The notes beneath the pieces are model-generated. The model made no database searches. It was given only the letters and a program-made list of their open reading frames with translations, and was not told the DNA's origin. Below, piece by piece: positions 30,001-40,563 of a stretch of DNA of 64,000 nucleotides (the first letter of the stretch is position 1; each line of letters starts with the position of its first letter). This DNA is from Eledone cirrhosa (lineage: Eukaryota), in contig OZ024744.1 of the NCBI GenBank assembly GCA_964016885.1, forward strand, positions 78,678,001 through 78,742,000. The letters are read 5' to 3'. Made by a program: the position numbers and the translations under genes.

Positions 30001-33000
30001 TGAGAGTTGCTCTTGGCAGGGTGTTATCTGTGTAGTTGGTTCATGAGGTTGTTAGTGAGAGAGTTGCTCTTGGCAGGATGTTATCTGTGTAGTTGGTTCA
30101 TGAGGTTGTTAGTTTGAGAGTTGCTCTTGGCAGGATGTTATCTGTGTAGTTGGTTCATGAGGTTGTTAGTTTGAGAGTTGCTCTTGGCAGGATGTTATCT
30201 GTGTAACTGGTTAATGAGGTTGTTAGTTTGAGAGTTGCTCTTGGCAGGATGTTATCTGTGTAGCTGGTTCATGAGGTTGTTAGTTTGAGAGTTGCTCTTG
30301 GCAGGATGTTATCTGTGTAGTTGGTTCATGAGGTTGTTAGTTTGAGAGTTGCTCTTGGCAGGATGTTATCTGTGTAGTTGGTTCATGAGGTTGTTAGTTT
30401 GAGAGTTGCTCTTGGCAGGATGTTATCTGTGTAGTTGGTTCATGAGGTTGTTAGTTTGAGAGTTGCCTCTTGGCAGGATGTTATCTGTGTAGTTGTTTCA
30501 TGAGGTTGTTAGTTTGAGAGTTGCTCTTGGCAGGATGTTATCTGTGTAGTTGGTTCATGAGGTTGTTAGTTTGAGAGTTGCCTCTTGGCAGGATGTTATC
30601 TGTGTAGTTGGTTCATGAGGTTGTTAGTTTGAGAGTTGCCTCTTGGCAGGATGTTATCTGTGTAGTTGGTTCATGAGGTTGTTAGTTTGAGAGTTGCCTC
30701 TTGGCAGGATGTTATCTGTGTAGTTGGTTCATGAGGTTGTTAGTTTGAGAGTTGCCTCTTGGCAGGATGTTATCTGTGTAGTTGGTTCATGAGGTTGTTA
30801 GTTTGAGAGTTGCTCTTGGCAGGATGTTATCTGTGTAACTGGTTCATGAGGTTGTTAGTTTGAGAGTTGCCTCTTGGCAGGATGTTATCTGTGTAGTTGG
30901 TTCATGAGGTTGTTAGTTTGAGAGTTGCCACTTGGCAGGATGTTATCTGTGTAGTTGGTTCATGAGGTTGTTAGTTTGAGAGTTGCCTCTTGGCAGGATG
31001 TTATCTGTGTTGTTGGTTCATGAGGTTGTTAGTTTGAGAGTTGCTCTTGGCAGGATGTTATCTGTGTAGCTGGTTCATGAGGTTGTTAGTTTGAGAGTTG
31101 CTCTTGGCAGGATGTTATCTGTGTAGTTGGTTCATGAGGTTGTTAGTTTGAGAGTTGCCTCTTGGCAGGATGTTATCTGTGTAACTGGTTCATGAGGTTG
31201 TTAGTTTGAGAGTTGCTCTTGGCAGGATGTTATCTGTGTAGTTGGTTCATGAGGCTGTTATTTTGAGAGTTGCTCTTGGCAGGATGTTATCTGTGTAGTT
31301 GGTTCATGAGGTTGTTAGTGAGAGAGTTGCTCTTGGCATGGTGTTATCTGTGTAGTTGGTTCATGAGGTTGTTAGTGAGAGAGTTGCTCTTGGCAGGGTG
31401 TTATCTGTGTAACTGGTTCATGAGGCTGTTAGTGAGAGAGTTGCTCTTGGCAGGATGTTATCTGTGTAGTTGGTTCATGAGGTTGTTAGTTTGAGAGTTG
31501 CTCTTGGCAGGATGTTATCTGTGTAGCTGGTTCATGAGGTTGTTAGTGAGAGAGTTGCTCTTGGCAGGATGTTATCTGTGTAGTTGGTTCATGAGGTTCT
31601 TAGTTTGAGAGTTGCTCTTGGCAGGATGTTATCTGTGTAGTTGGTTCATGAGGTTGTTTGTTTGAGAGTTGCTCTTGGCAGGATGTTATCTGTGTAGTTG
31701 GTTAATGAGGTTGTTAGTTTGAGAGTTGCTCTTGGCAGGATGTTATCTGTGTAGTTGGTTCATGAGGTTGTTTGTTTGAGAGTTGCTCTTGGCAGGATGT
31801 TATCTGTGTAGTTGGTTCATGAGGTTGTTTGTTTGAGAGTTGCTCTTGGCAGGATGTTATCTGTGTAGCTGGTTCATGAGGTTGTTAGTGAGAGAGTTGC
31901 TCTTGGCAGGATGTTATCTGTGTAGTTGGTTCATGAGATTGTTAGTTTGAGAGTTGCTCTTGGCAGGATGTTATCTGTGTAGTTGGTTCATGAGGTTGTT
32001 AGTTTGAGAGTTGCTCTTGGCAGGATGTTATCTGTGTAGTTGGTTCATGAGGTTGTTAGTTTGAGAGTTGCTCTTGGCAGGATGTTATCTGTGTAGTTGG
32101 TTCATGAGGTTGTTTGTTTGAGAGTTGCTCTTGGCAGGATGTTATCTGTGTAGTTGGTTAATGAGGTTGTTAGTTTGAGAGTTGCTCTTGGCAGGATGTT
32201 ATCTGTGTAGTTGGTTCATGAGGTTGTTAGTTTGAGAGTTGCTCTTGGCATGGTGTTATCTGTGTAGTTGGTTCATGAGGTTGTTAGTTTGAGAGTTGCT
32301 CTTGGCAGGATGTTATCTGTGTAGTTGGTTAATGAGGTTGTTAGTTTGAGAGTTGCTCTTGGCAGGATGTTATCTGTGTAGTTGGTTCATGAGGTTGTTT
32401 GTTTGAGAGTTGCTCTTGGCAGGATGTTATCTGTGTAGTTGGTTAATGAGGTTGTTTGTTTGAGAGTTGCTCTTGGCAGGATGTTATCTGTGTAGTTGGT
32501 TCATGAGGTTGTTTGTTTGAGAGTTGCTCTTGGCAGGATGTTATCTGTGTAGTTGGTTCATGAGGTTGTTTGTTTGAGAGTTGCTCTTGGCAGGATGTTA
32601 TCTGTGTAGTTGGTTCATGAGGTTGTTAGTGTGAGAGTTGCTCTTGGCAGGGTGTTATCTGTGTAGTTGGTTCATGAGGTTGTTAGTGAGAGAGTTGCTC
32701 TTGGCAGGATGTTATCTGTGTAGTTGGTTCATGAGGTTGTTAGTTTGAGAGTTGCTCTTGGCAGGATGTTATCTGTGTAGTTGGTTCATGAGGTTGTTAG
32801 TTTGAGAGTTGCTCTTGGCAGGATGTTATCTGTGTAACTGGTTAATGAGGTTGTTAGTTTGAGAGTTGCTCTTGGCAGGATGTTATCTGTGTAGTTGGTT
32901 CATGAGGTTGTTAGTTTGAGAGTTGCCTCTTGGCAGGATGTTATCTGTGTAGTTGGTTCATGAGGTTGTTAGTTTGAGAGTTGCTCTTGGCAGGATGTTA

Positions 33001-34498
33001 TCTGTGTAGTTGGTTCATGAGGTTGTTAGTTTGAGAGTTGCCTCTTGGCAGGATGTTATCTGTGTAGTTGGTTCATGAGGTTGTTAGTTTGAGAGTTGCC
33101 TCTTGGCAGGATGTTATCTGTGTAGTTGGTTCATGAGGTTGTTAGTTTGAGAGTTGCCTCTTGGCAGGATGTTATCTGTGTAGTTGGTTCATGAGGTTGT
33201 TAGTTTGAGAGTTGCCTCTTGGCAGGATGTTATCTGTGTAGTTGGTTCATGAGGTTGTTAGTTTGAGAGTTGCTCTTGGCAGGATGTTATCTGTGTAACT
33301 GGTTCATGAGGTTGTTAGTTTGAGAGTTGCCTCTTGGCAGAATGTTATCTGTGTAGTTGGTTCATGAGGTTGTTAGTTTGAGAGTTGCCACTTGGCAGGA
33401 TGTTATCTGTGTAGTTGGTTCATGAGGTTGTTAGTTTGAGAGTTGCCTCTTGGCAGGATGTTATCTGTGTAGTTGGTTCATGAGGTTGTTAGTTTGAGAG
33501 TTGCTCTTGGCAGGATGTTATCTGTGTAACTGGTTCATGAGGTTGTTAGTTTGAGAGTTGCCTCTTGGCAGGATGTTATCTGTGTAGTTGGTTCATGAGG
33601 TTGTTAGTGAGAGAGTTGCTCTTGGCAGGATGTTATCTGTGTAGTTGGTTAATGAGGTTGTTAGTTTGAGAGTTGCCTCTTGGCAGGATGTTATCTGTGT
33701 AGTTGGTTCATGAGGTTGTTAGTTTGAGAGTTGCTCTTGGCAGGATGTTATCTGTGTAGTTGGTTCATGAGGTTGTTAGTTTGAGAGTTGCTCTTGGCAG
33801 GATGTTATCTGTGTAACTGGTTCATGAGGTTGCTAGTGAGAGAGTTGCTCTTGGCAGGATGTTATCTGTGTAACTGGTTCATGAGGTTGTTAGTTTGAGA
33901 GTTGCTCTTGGCAGGATGTTATCTGTGTAACTGGTTCATGAGGTTGTTAGTTTGAGAGTTGCTCTTGGCAGGATGTTATCTGTGTAACTGGTTCATGAGG
34001 TTGTTAGTGAGAGAGTTGCTCTTGGCAGGGTGTTATCTGTGTAGTTGGTTCATGAGGTTGTTAGTTTGAGAGTTGCTCTTGGCAGGATGTTATCTGTGTA
34101 GTTGGTTCATGAGGTTGTTAGTGAGAGAGTTGCTCTTGGCAGGATGTTATCTGTGTAGTTGGTTCATGAGGTTGTTAGTTTGAGAGTTGCTCTTGGCAGG
34201 ATGTTATCTGTGTAGTTGGTTCATGAGGTTGTTAGTGAGAGAGTTGCTCTTGGCAGGATGTTATCTGTGTAGTTGGTTCATGAGATTGTTAGTGAGAGAG
34301 TTGCTCTTGGCAGGATGTTATCTGTGTAGTTGGTTCATGAGGTTGTTAGTTTGAGAGTTGCTCTTGGCAGCATGTTATCTGTGTAGTTGGTTCATGAGGT
34401 TGTTAGTGAGAGAGTTGCTCTTGGCAGGGTGTTATCTGTGTAGTTGGTTCATGAGGCTGTTAGTAGTCGGTGACCATAGTAGTGAGAGAGTTGCTCTT
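1..34498. repeat. 57-bp tandem satellite array (~600 monomers, with 58-bp variants), truncated by the left window edge
   Basis: Consensus ttggcaggatgttatctgtgtagttggttcatgaggttgttagtttgagagttgctc repeats head-to-tail from position 1 to 34464. A final interrupted monomer reaches 34498. Hand count per monomer is T24 G19 A9 C5, with no CpG in the consensus. Confidence 0.99.
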
Positions 34499-34670
34499 AA
34501 CATGTTCACTGGAGTAGGTGAACTAAAAGTCGGAGAAGGCAGAGTTACATCTTGATTCCCAGATGGCTGGCAGTGTAAGAGAGGAAGAGGTCTCTCACTG
34601 TCTCAATATATAGTCCCCATGGGGACGTAACTCTCATTACTTCTGGATTTCACTGCTAGGGGTCACTACA
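34465..34670 (-). repeat. 5' part of the 3' LTR (starts TGTAGTGACCCC at 34670), running into the satellite
   Basis: Canonical TG start directly after the polypurine tract and downstream of the pol end. TATA-like CTATATATTG at 34604-34613. No closing ...CA end is recognisable before the array begins. Confidence 0.8.
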
Positions 34671-34671
34671 A

Positions 34672-34684
34672 TACCCTCCTCCAG
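34672..34684 (-). promoter_or_regulatory. Polypurine tract (PPT) of the Gypsy element
   Basis: Minus strand reads CTGGAGGAGGGTA-T-TGTAGTG, a purine-rich tract immediately 5' of the LTR TG. Confidence 0.82.
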
Positions 34685-35014
34685 ACGATAGGTGAAAAGC
34701 CCGATGGGAATTGTAGCGAACCCGCAAGAATGGGATCCAAGGAAAGGTATGTAACAATAACAAAAAATAAAAAGGTATATGCATACATAATACAAAGAAA
34801 AAGAAAAAAGAAAAGGCTCCATAGTGGCCAGTTCACATAGAAAATGTCTGACAGAGTTTTTTGGGCCAGTGGACTCTTCGACCGGAATGGGTCGTGGTCT
34901 TGTGTCTAGGTGGGGCAGAAGGAGCAGGTGTATGTACAATAGAGAAAGATTGGGGTATTTATATATCCACCGAAATTGTCTCTCTGGATCTCTTAATGTC
35001 TACAGTGCTGGGCC

Positions 35015-35901
35015 CTACCGTGCTAACACACGGTAGGGTCCAGAGTACGGTTGTGTGAGAAGTGGACTAACTGCGTCGTTTCTGACAAAGACATGTGTCC
35101 ACGAGACAATATCCTTCGGGACTGCAATTTTAATAGTTGGTTTCCTAGTATCCATAGGCGGTAAGTCCTGAAAATATGAGTGCAAATGAGATATGTAGGA
35201 AAGAGGATCTTGAATAGCAAGATCAACAGGGGGAAGCATTTGCCCAGGCAACACTAGAGGAGCACCATACAACAATTCAGCCGGGAAGAACCCAAGGTCC
35301 TCCTTTATTGATGACTGAATTCCTAACAACACAATAGGAAGGTACTCGCTCCAACGTAGAGAGTCTGGATAGGCGTGAAGAGAGGTCTTTAATTGGCGGT
35401 GAAAATGTTCCACCATTCCATTTGAAGCAGGATGGTAAGATGTGGTCCGAATACGTTGAGCGCCAATAATTTTTGTCAGCTCTGAGAAAAGATGAGATTC
35501 AAATTGCCTACCACGGTCTGTAGTAATTGTGGTTGGCATGCCATAGTGGACAATCCACCCTGATACCAGGGCACGCGCTATTGTTTCGGCGGGAATGTCC
35601 TTTAAGGGGATGGCTTCGGGCCATCGCGAAAAACGATCAATGCAGGTCAACAGGTAAGAATATCCACTACATAATGGCCAAGGTCCAATGATATCAATGT
35701 GGATGCATTGAAAACGAGCATCTGGAGTACTGAAAGTACCAAATGGAGTCTGGATGTGTCTGTGGATTTTTGACACTGTATGCAGGAACGGCACCAGGCA
35801 GTAATTTCTCGCCTCATATTTGGCCAGAAAAATCTAGCCATTATGAGCTTTACTGTGGCTGAAGATCCTGGCTGAGAAATGCTGTGCAAAGCAAGGAACA
35901 C
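35015..35901 (-). pseudogene. Gypsy integrase (zinc-binding, DDE core and GPY/F), frameshifted
   Basis: ORF 35647-35901 has LHSISQPG...[11 protein letters not shown] 35015-35794 has [37 protein letters not shown] and PYSGPYRV. Confidence 0.95.
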
Positions 35902-36099
35902 AATTTGACGGTGAGTCTCGGGAACATAAGGTCATGGTGAATCCGTAGATACATCATAGAGAATCTGCCTGTCGGTAGTCAACAAGGGCAGATATTTAAG
36001 GTTGCAAGTCATAAATTCGGCTGATGAAGTATCCAACGATTCGAGTGCAGGTTGGTCTGCTGCCAAACGACTTAAATTTATCTCCTGGGATTACGAAAT

Positions 36100-37392
36100 C
36101 GAGCTGATTGGCAAGCGTGACAAGCCATTTGCAGCTGTATTTAGTGAGCCAGCAATGTGCTGTATATCATTTGTAAACTGCGAAATGTAATCAAGGTGCC
36201 TTGTCTCTCTGGTCGAATATTTGTCAGCTTTAGCCCTCAAAGCGAACGTCAGTGAAACCATAAAATTCCCTTAAGAATATGAGAAAAATGTTTCAACGTC
36301 AGATATATGGCTAATAACTCCCGACCAAACGTGCTGTAATGAGTTTCTGCTGGTTTCAGCTTCCTGGAGAAAAATGCCAAAGGTTGTTGGTTTCTAGCGT
36401 TATACTGTTGTAAAACTGCTCCCACGGCGGTATCAGATGCATCGACACAAAGCGAAAGCTTGGCCTCTGGTACTGGGTGGGCTAGCAAAGATGAATTAAT
36501 AAGTGCTGTCTTGGCTGTCTGGAAATCTTCAAGTTGTCTTTGTGTCAAGGAAATATCCTCATTCTTCTTACGACGATTTTTCAAAATCTCAGTAAGGGTA
36601 AACAGTAATTTAGCACATTGAGGAACGAAACGCCTATAGAAATTGATTTGGCCTAGGAAGTGATGCAACTGGTGAAGTGAGGTAGGCGGAGGTAAATCCT
36701 GTATAGCCTTAACTCGCTGTGGAAGGGGTCGAATACCCTCGGCGTCGATGATGTGACCTAAAAAATTCAGGGAAGCGGATCCAAAAACACCCTTTGCAGG
36801 ATTCACTCGAACGCGATAATCCTGGAGTCGGTGAAATAAAAGGTTCAGGTGACGCATATGCTCTTCTGGAGAGGAACTAGCGACGAGAAGATCATCTATA
36901 TATGCATAAACGAAGTCCAGACCACGAGTGACCTCATCTATGAACCGCTGAAAAGTGCTAGCGGCATTCCTGAGTCCGAAAAGCATGGTCAAAAACTTGA
37001 AGGATCCGAGAGGAGTCGTAATAGCTGTTTTCGGAATGTCTTCCTTCCTGACCAGAATTTGGTGGTAAGCTCGCACTAAATTGAGTTTGGAGAAAATCTT
37101 ACAACCCTGCAATGAGGATGCGAAATCCTGGAGATGGGGAATCGGATATTAACCTCCTATAATCCCCAGTGGGTCTCCAGTCGCTAGAAGTCGTGGGCAC
37201 CATATGTAATGGGGAAGCCCAAGGTCTCATAGACGGGCGAATAATGCCCAGCTGCAAGATATGGTTGAACTCAGACCGTGATGCCTTTAACTTGTCCGTC
37301 GGTAAATCACGTGGATGTGAAAATACAGGAGCACCGGTTGTGGAAATAAAATGTTCGGTTGAGTGAGTTGGCTCAGTAACTCGGTAACTCAA
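36100..37392 (-). pseudogene. Gypsy reverse transcriptase and RNase H, disrupted
   Basis: PWASPLHMVP...WRPTGDYRRL (37099-37392), then [48 protein letters not shown] and RELLAIY (36249-37112). Confidence 0.95.
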
Positions 37393-37913
37393 AATTTTCC
37401 ATCGGTGAGCTCCGGGAATGATCCTAACAATGAATGGTAGGCGTCTCCAGCGGCAGTGATGGAGAATATTGGGCTCATCATTGGAGCATTGGCTTTTCGG
37501 CCACGAATTGAGAAACCGGTGATGTCATCCACCAGACCTTGGCCTCGGACGTCCACAGTCAAGGAGAAATTATGGAGGAAATCCGCTCCTAAGATTGGGT
37601 ATGGCAAGTCAGCGACCGTAAAAATCCATTTAAAATCCCTACGAAGATTTTGTAATTTGAGGGGAAGCGAGATTTGTCCGTACGTCTTTATAGGTGAGTG
37701 GTTAACGTCCTGCAGCATAACGGATGACTCCACGGGGGTATCCTTTAGGCAATGGACCGGCCAAATACTACAGGAGGCTCCTGTATCCACGAGGAAGCCT
37801 CTTCCAGACAGGAGGTCCTTGTTGAAAAAGTGGCGGTTTGGGTGCTTTACACTGAGGTTGACTTCCGCCGTCAGCGAAACTCTCTGGCGTTTCCCGACTT
37901 CACAAAAGAACAA
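37389..37913 (-). pseudogene. Gypsy aspartic protease
   Basis: FLVDTGASCS catalytic motif and the PILGADFL motif. Confidence 0.92.
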
Positions 37914-38671
37914 GGCTGTACACAGTGGTTCGCGTTCTCAGCAAAACACTCGTGGTGCTTCATAAAGATGAAGCTGCTGACCTGGGGCGGTGTCTGAAAG
38001 AGGTAGATCTACCGCAGCTGCGCGAGCGCAAACGAGCACCACTAGAGGCCTTCAGCTTCTGTAGCTCCAGGGTGAGTTCCAGAATGGCTTTCTGCATAGC
38101 CATTATAGCTGCGCTGTCTGCTTGAGTTGCCGCGCAGATGGCACCCAGCTCAGACCAGGTGTGGCCTGAGCTGGGTGAGAAACAGCGGCAAGGGCCTCGT
38201 TGCCTCCAGCACCTATGACCTCAAAAACTTTGTCCGCAGAGGTGGCCAGTTGGTCCACAGAACATGTATCCTTAATGGATCCAAAATTGCTCAAACATTG
38301 GTCGGTAGCCGTGAGAAAAACAACTGCTTCAACAACGAAGTTTCCTCTGTTAGGTCTTTCATCCGACGTAAGAGGTTCGATGGGATGCAATCCCCGATAT
38401 GCTCCAAATGGACCAGAGCTCTAAAGCGTTTCTCGGTGGACTGTGCAGTCCGGCTGACTATTTTAACCTTCAACGACTTGTAAGTAGCATCAGTCGGTGT
38501 CTCCAATACAAGATCCTTAATAGTTGGAAGAAGTGCCGGAGGAATGGTACTAAGGACGAGGGGACGTTGCTGTGCCTCGGCGATGTTGTTAGCCTCGAAA
38601 AATGCTTCCATTTGAGCGAACCATAACTTCACGTTGCCCGTATAAGTAGGGAGAATAGAATGAGATGCCAT
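37900..38671 (-). pseudogene. Gypsy gag, disrupted
   Basis: ORF 38291-38671 reads MASHSILPTYTGNVKLWFAQMEAFF...PSNLLRRMK...LFFSRLP, similar to CsRn1-clade gag. A degenerate CHCC motif lies downstream. Confidence 0.85.
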
Positions 38672-39954
38672 TGGTGCAATCTCAGTAAGCAGCCAAAATG
38701 CGTCTCCGTAAAAACAAATACCTAGAACACAAAGGAAAAATAAAATAAATCCACTTGTTTTTTTCTGTCAAACAACCGGACAGGAAAACAAGTGCATCCG
38801 AAATAATGTGTAAGGAAGCAACTAATCAAATGATGGCATTAACAATACATTTACAGCGAACCTAAAACAAAAACCAACATGGCGCACAGTTTAGCGCCAA
38901 AAAAAACTGATGAAGAAGAAAGCCGCCATCTTGACATCTATACAAATTTGGGCAAGGGAAAGAAGAAAAATAATTATTTACATAATTGTTCTTAACAAAA
39001 AGTTCAGTTTTCTCTTCCTTATGTGATCGGTAAATATGGCCATATCAGAATCAAAAAGCGTGTTGTTTTCTATTAATTTTTTTTTTTATAATGCCACTTC
39101 GTATTTTTTTCTAATTTTTTTTTTTAAAAGGAACAATTAGTTCCCACGGCTGGGTCTATCTGAATTTCTTAATAATATTAAGTTAAAATACCTCTAGCAG
39201 GTAAAATAATCATTGAAACAAGCCCTTCTTACCATATTTTTAATGAAATGTCCTGCCAATTTGTTTCAATTAATTTTTAAAATAATAAAAAATTTGAAGG
39301 AATTTTGGTAAAACAACTTTTTCATTAGCAAGCTGATGTTCAGAATATTACTGAAGTTATTACATAAAATTATGTTGGAAGGTATTAATATAAGCATAAA
39401 CACTTTAAAATGTACAGTGTTGTATTGTAAAACCAGGGTCACGTGAGTTGCTATCAAAACGTTTAATGGTATGTTATACAGTTTCTAACCCTTTCCCTTT
39501 CAGTTGTTAGGCACCACAAAAGCAACTTATCTCTGTCTGATGATTCCAGGTAAAGCACAATAAGGTGCCTCCTTGTCAGCACCAAACTAACAAATCATTA
39601 GTCTTTTCTACCATGCTTCTTACAACAAAGTTATACACACATTGTGCATATTAAAAAAAATATAGGTTGAACCAATCAGAATGTGCAGTGTGTTGCCCAA
39701 AGACAGAATTTAATATTGTATTTATATTAATTAATTCTCCATGTCCTGTACCACATAAATCTGCATTAGCAAAGCATTCTTCATAAGAATGAAACAACAC
39801 TATCACTACATCATAATAAATATTAAAGTCTTTGCACTGCTGCAAATTTTGATGACAATCTGTCTATTAGTAAAGATACAACTAGCATTTGAATTAAAAA
39901 AACCTGTATTTCTGTTTGTAGATGTTTTCTGCTAAATCATGACACAATGTTTAA

Positions 39955-40159
39955 CCCTTTTGCATTACACTATATTTACTATTGTATTTTCACAGTAAAG
40001 GCTTTCCCTCACATAATTATCTCACATAATATCAAATCTATGAGATTTTGATATTATTTATTTTGAGAACAGTACCTTAACGTTAGTATGAGTAGCAGTT
40101 ATGGCCGGTTTGAACAGAAAGAATTCTGGCTGGATACAGCTGGTTTAAATGTTAAAGGG
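39955..40159. mobile_element. piggyBac-like MITE (TTAA-CCCTTT...AAAGGG)
   Basis: Termini ttaa|cccttttgcatt and aatgttaaaggg|ttca. Interior is homologous to the copies at 48340 and 54065. Confidence 0.75.
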
Positions 40160-40389
40160 TTCAGGGTTAAGTTGACCACAACTTTCTTTATTAAAGTAAA
40201 ACAGCTTCAAATATGAGATATGTTTTAAAAATAAGAGAATATAATAGAAACAAATGAAAACCAACACATAAAATATATTATATTAATATATTAATTATAT
40301 ATATAATTGTTTTTATTGGATCATTATGAAGACCAATTCTTTCATAAACTGTTTTGATAAAACAAGAAATATAAAAATATTTCAGAAAA

Positions 40390-40563
40390 TCAAAAATAAT
40401 CATGTGCCGGTTGAAGGGAATAGATATAATTTTTTACAGTCTTATTATAATTCCAAGTTTTGATTGGTTTTATAGTCATCTTATTTTCAATCTGCTGCTT
40501 GTAACTTTTAGCAAAGAATCTGTTTGCATCAGAAATATCTGTATTGTTGATATAGTCATCCAA
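40390..40563 (-). CDS. NUDT6: NUDT6-like last coding exon (174 nt including TGA)
   Basis: Reads tttcag|TTG GAT...TTT TGA. Candidate AATAAA on the minus strand at 40312-40317. Confidence 0.88.
   Translation of the reverse strand: MDDYINNTDISDANRFFAKSYKQQIENKMTIKPIKTWNYNKTVKNYIYSLQPAHDYF

Larger units (their letters stand above)
34465..38700 (-). mobile_element. Degenerate Ty3/Gypsy LTR retrotransposon (CsRn1-like), gag-PR-RT-RH-IN plus PPT and 3' LTR; no 5' LTR seen
   Basis: Domain order is Ty3/Gypsy. Gag LWFAQMEAFF, degenerate CHCC knuckle (KHHECFAENANHCVQPCSF, ~37905-37965), protease FLVDTGAS, RT YIDD, RNase H VDASD...RELLAI, integrase HIDIIGP/TDRGRQF/NGMVE and a GPY/F module. Several stops and frameshifts. 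Confidence 0.96.

Noticed and set aside
1-34464. CRISPR array
   Set aside because: There are no unique spacers, the units are contiguous, no cas genes are present and the context is eukaryotic.
1-34464. Telomeric or telomere-substitute repeat (G/T-rich, TTAG-like words)
   Set aside because: There are no TTAGGG/TTAGG runs. The G-rich strand runs 5'->3' toward the gene-containing side, the opposite polarity to a telomere at the left end.
5052-34555. Repetitive Cys/Leu-rich ORFs (LLLAGCYLCSWFMRLLVRE)n as a protein-coding gene
   Set aside because: They arise only because 57 is divisible by 3 and runs of the GTGAGA variant lack the TGA. The majority GTTTGA variant has a stop, 58-bp variants shift frame, and the other five frames of the consensus contain stops.
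37456-38626. Plus-strand ORFs over the Gypsy element, and similar ones over the RTE at 49936-52341
   Set aside because: They are antisense shadows of TE coding sequence with no independent motifs.
39651-39845. 64-aa minus-strand ORF as an extra exon or gene
   Set aside because: It has no recognisable motif or convincing splice sites and lies downstream of the NUDT6-like stop, so it is probably UTR or intergenic.
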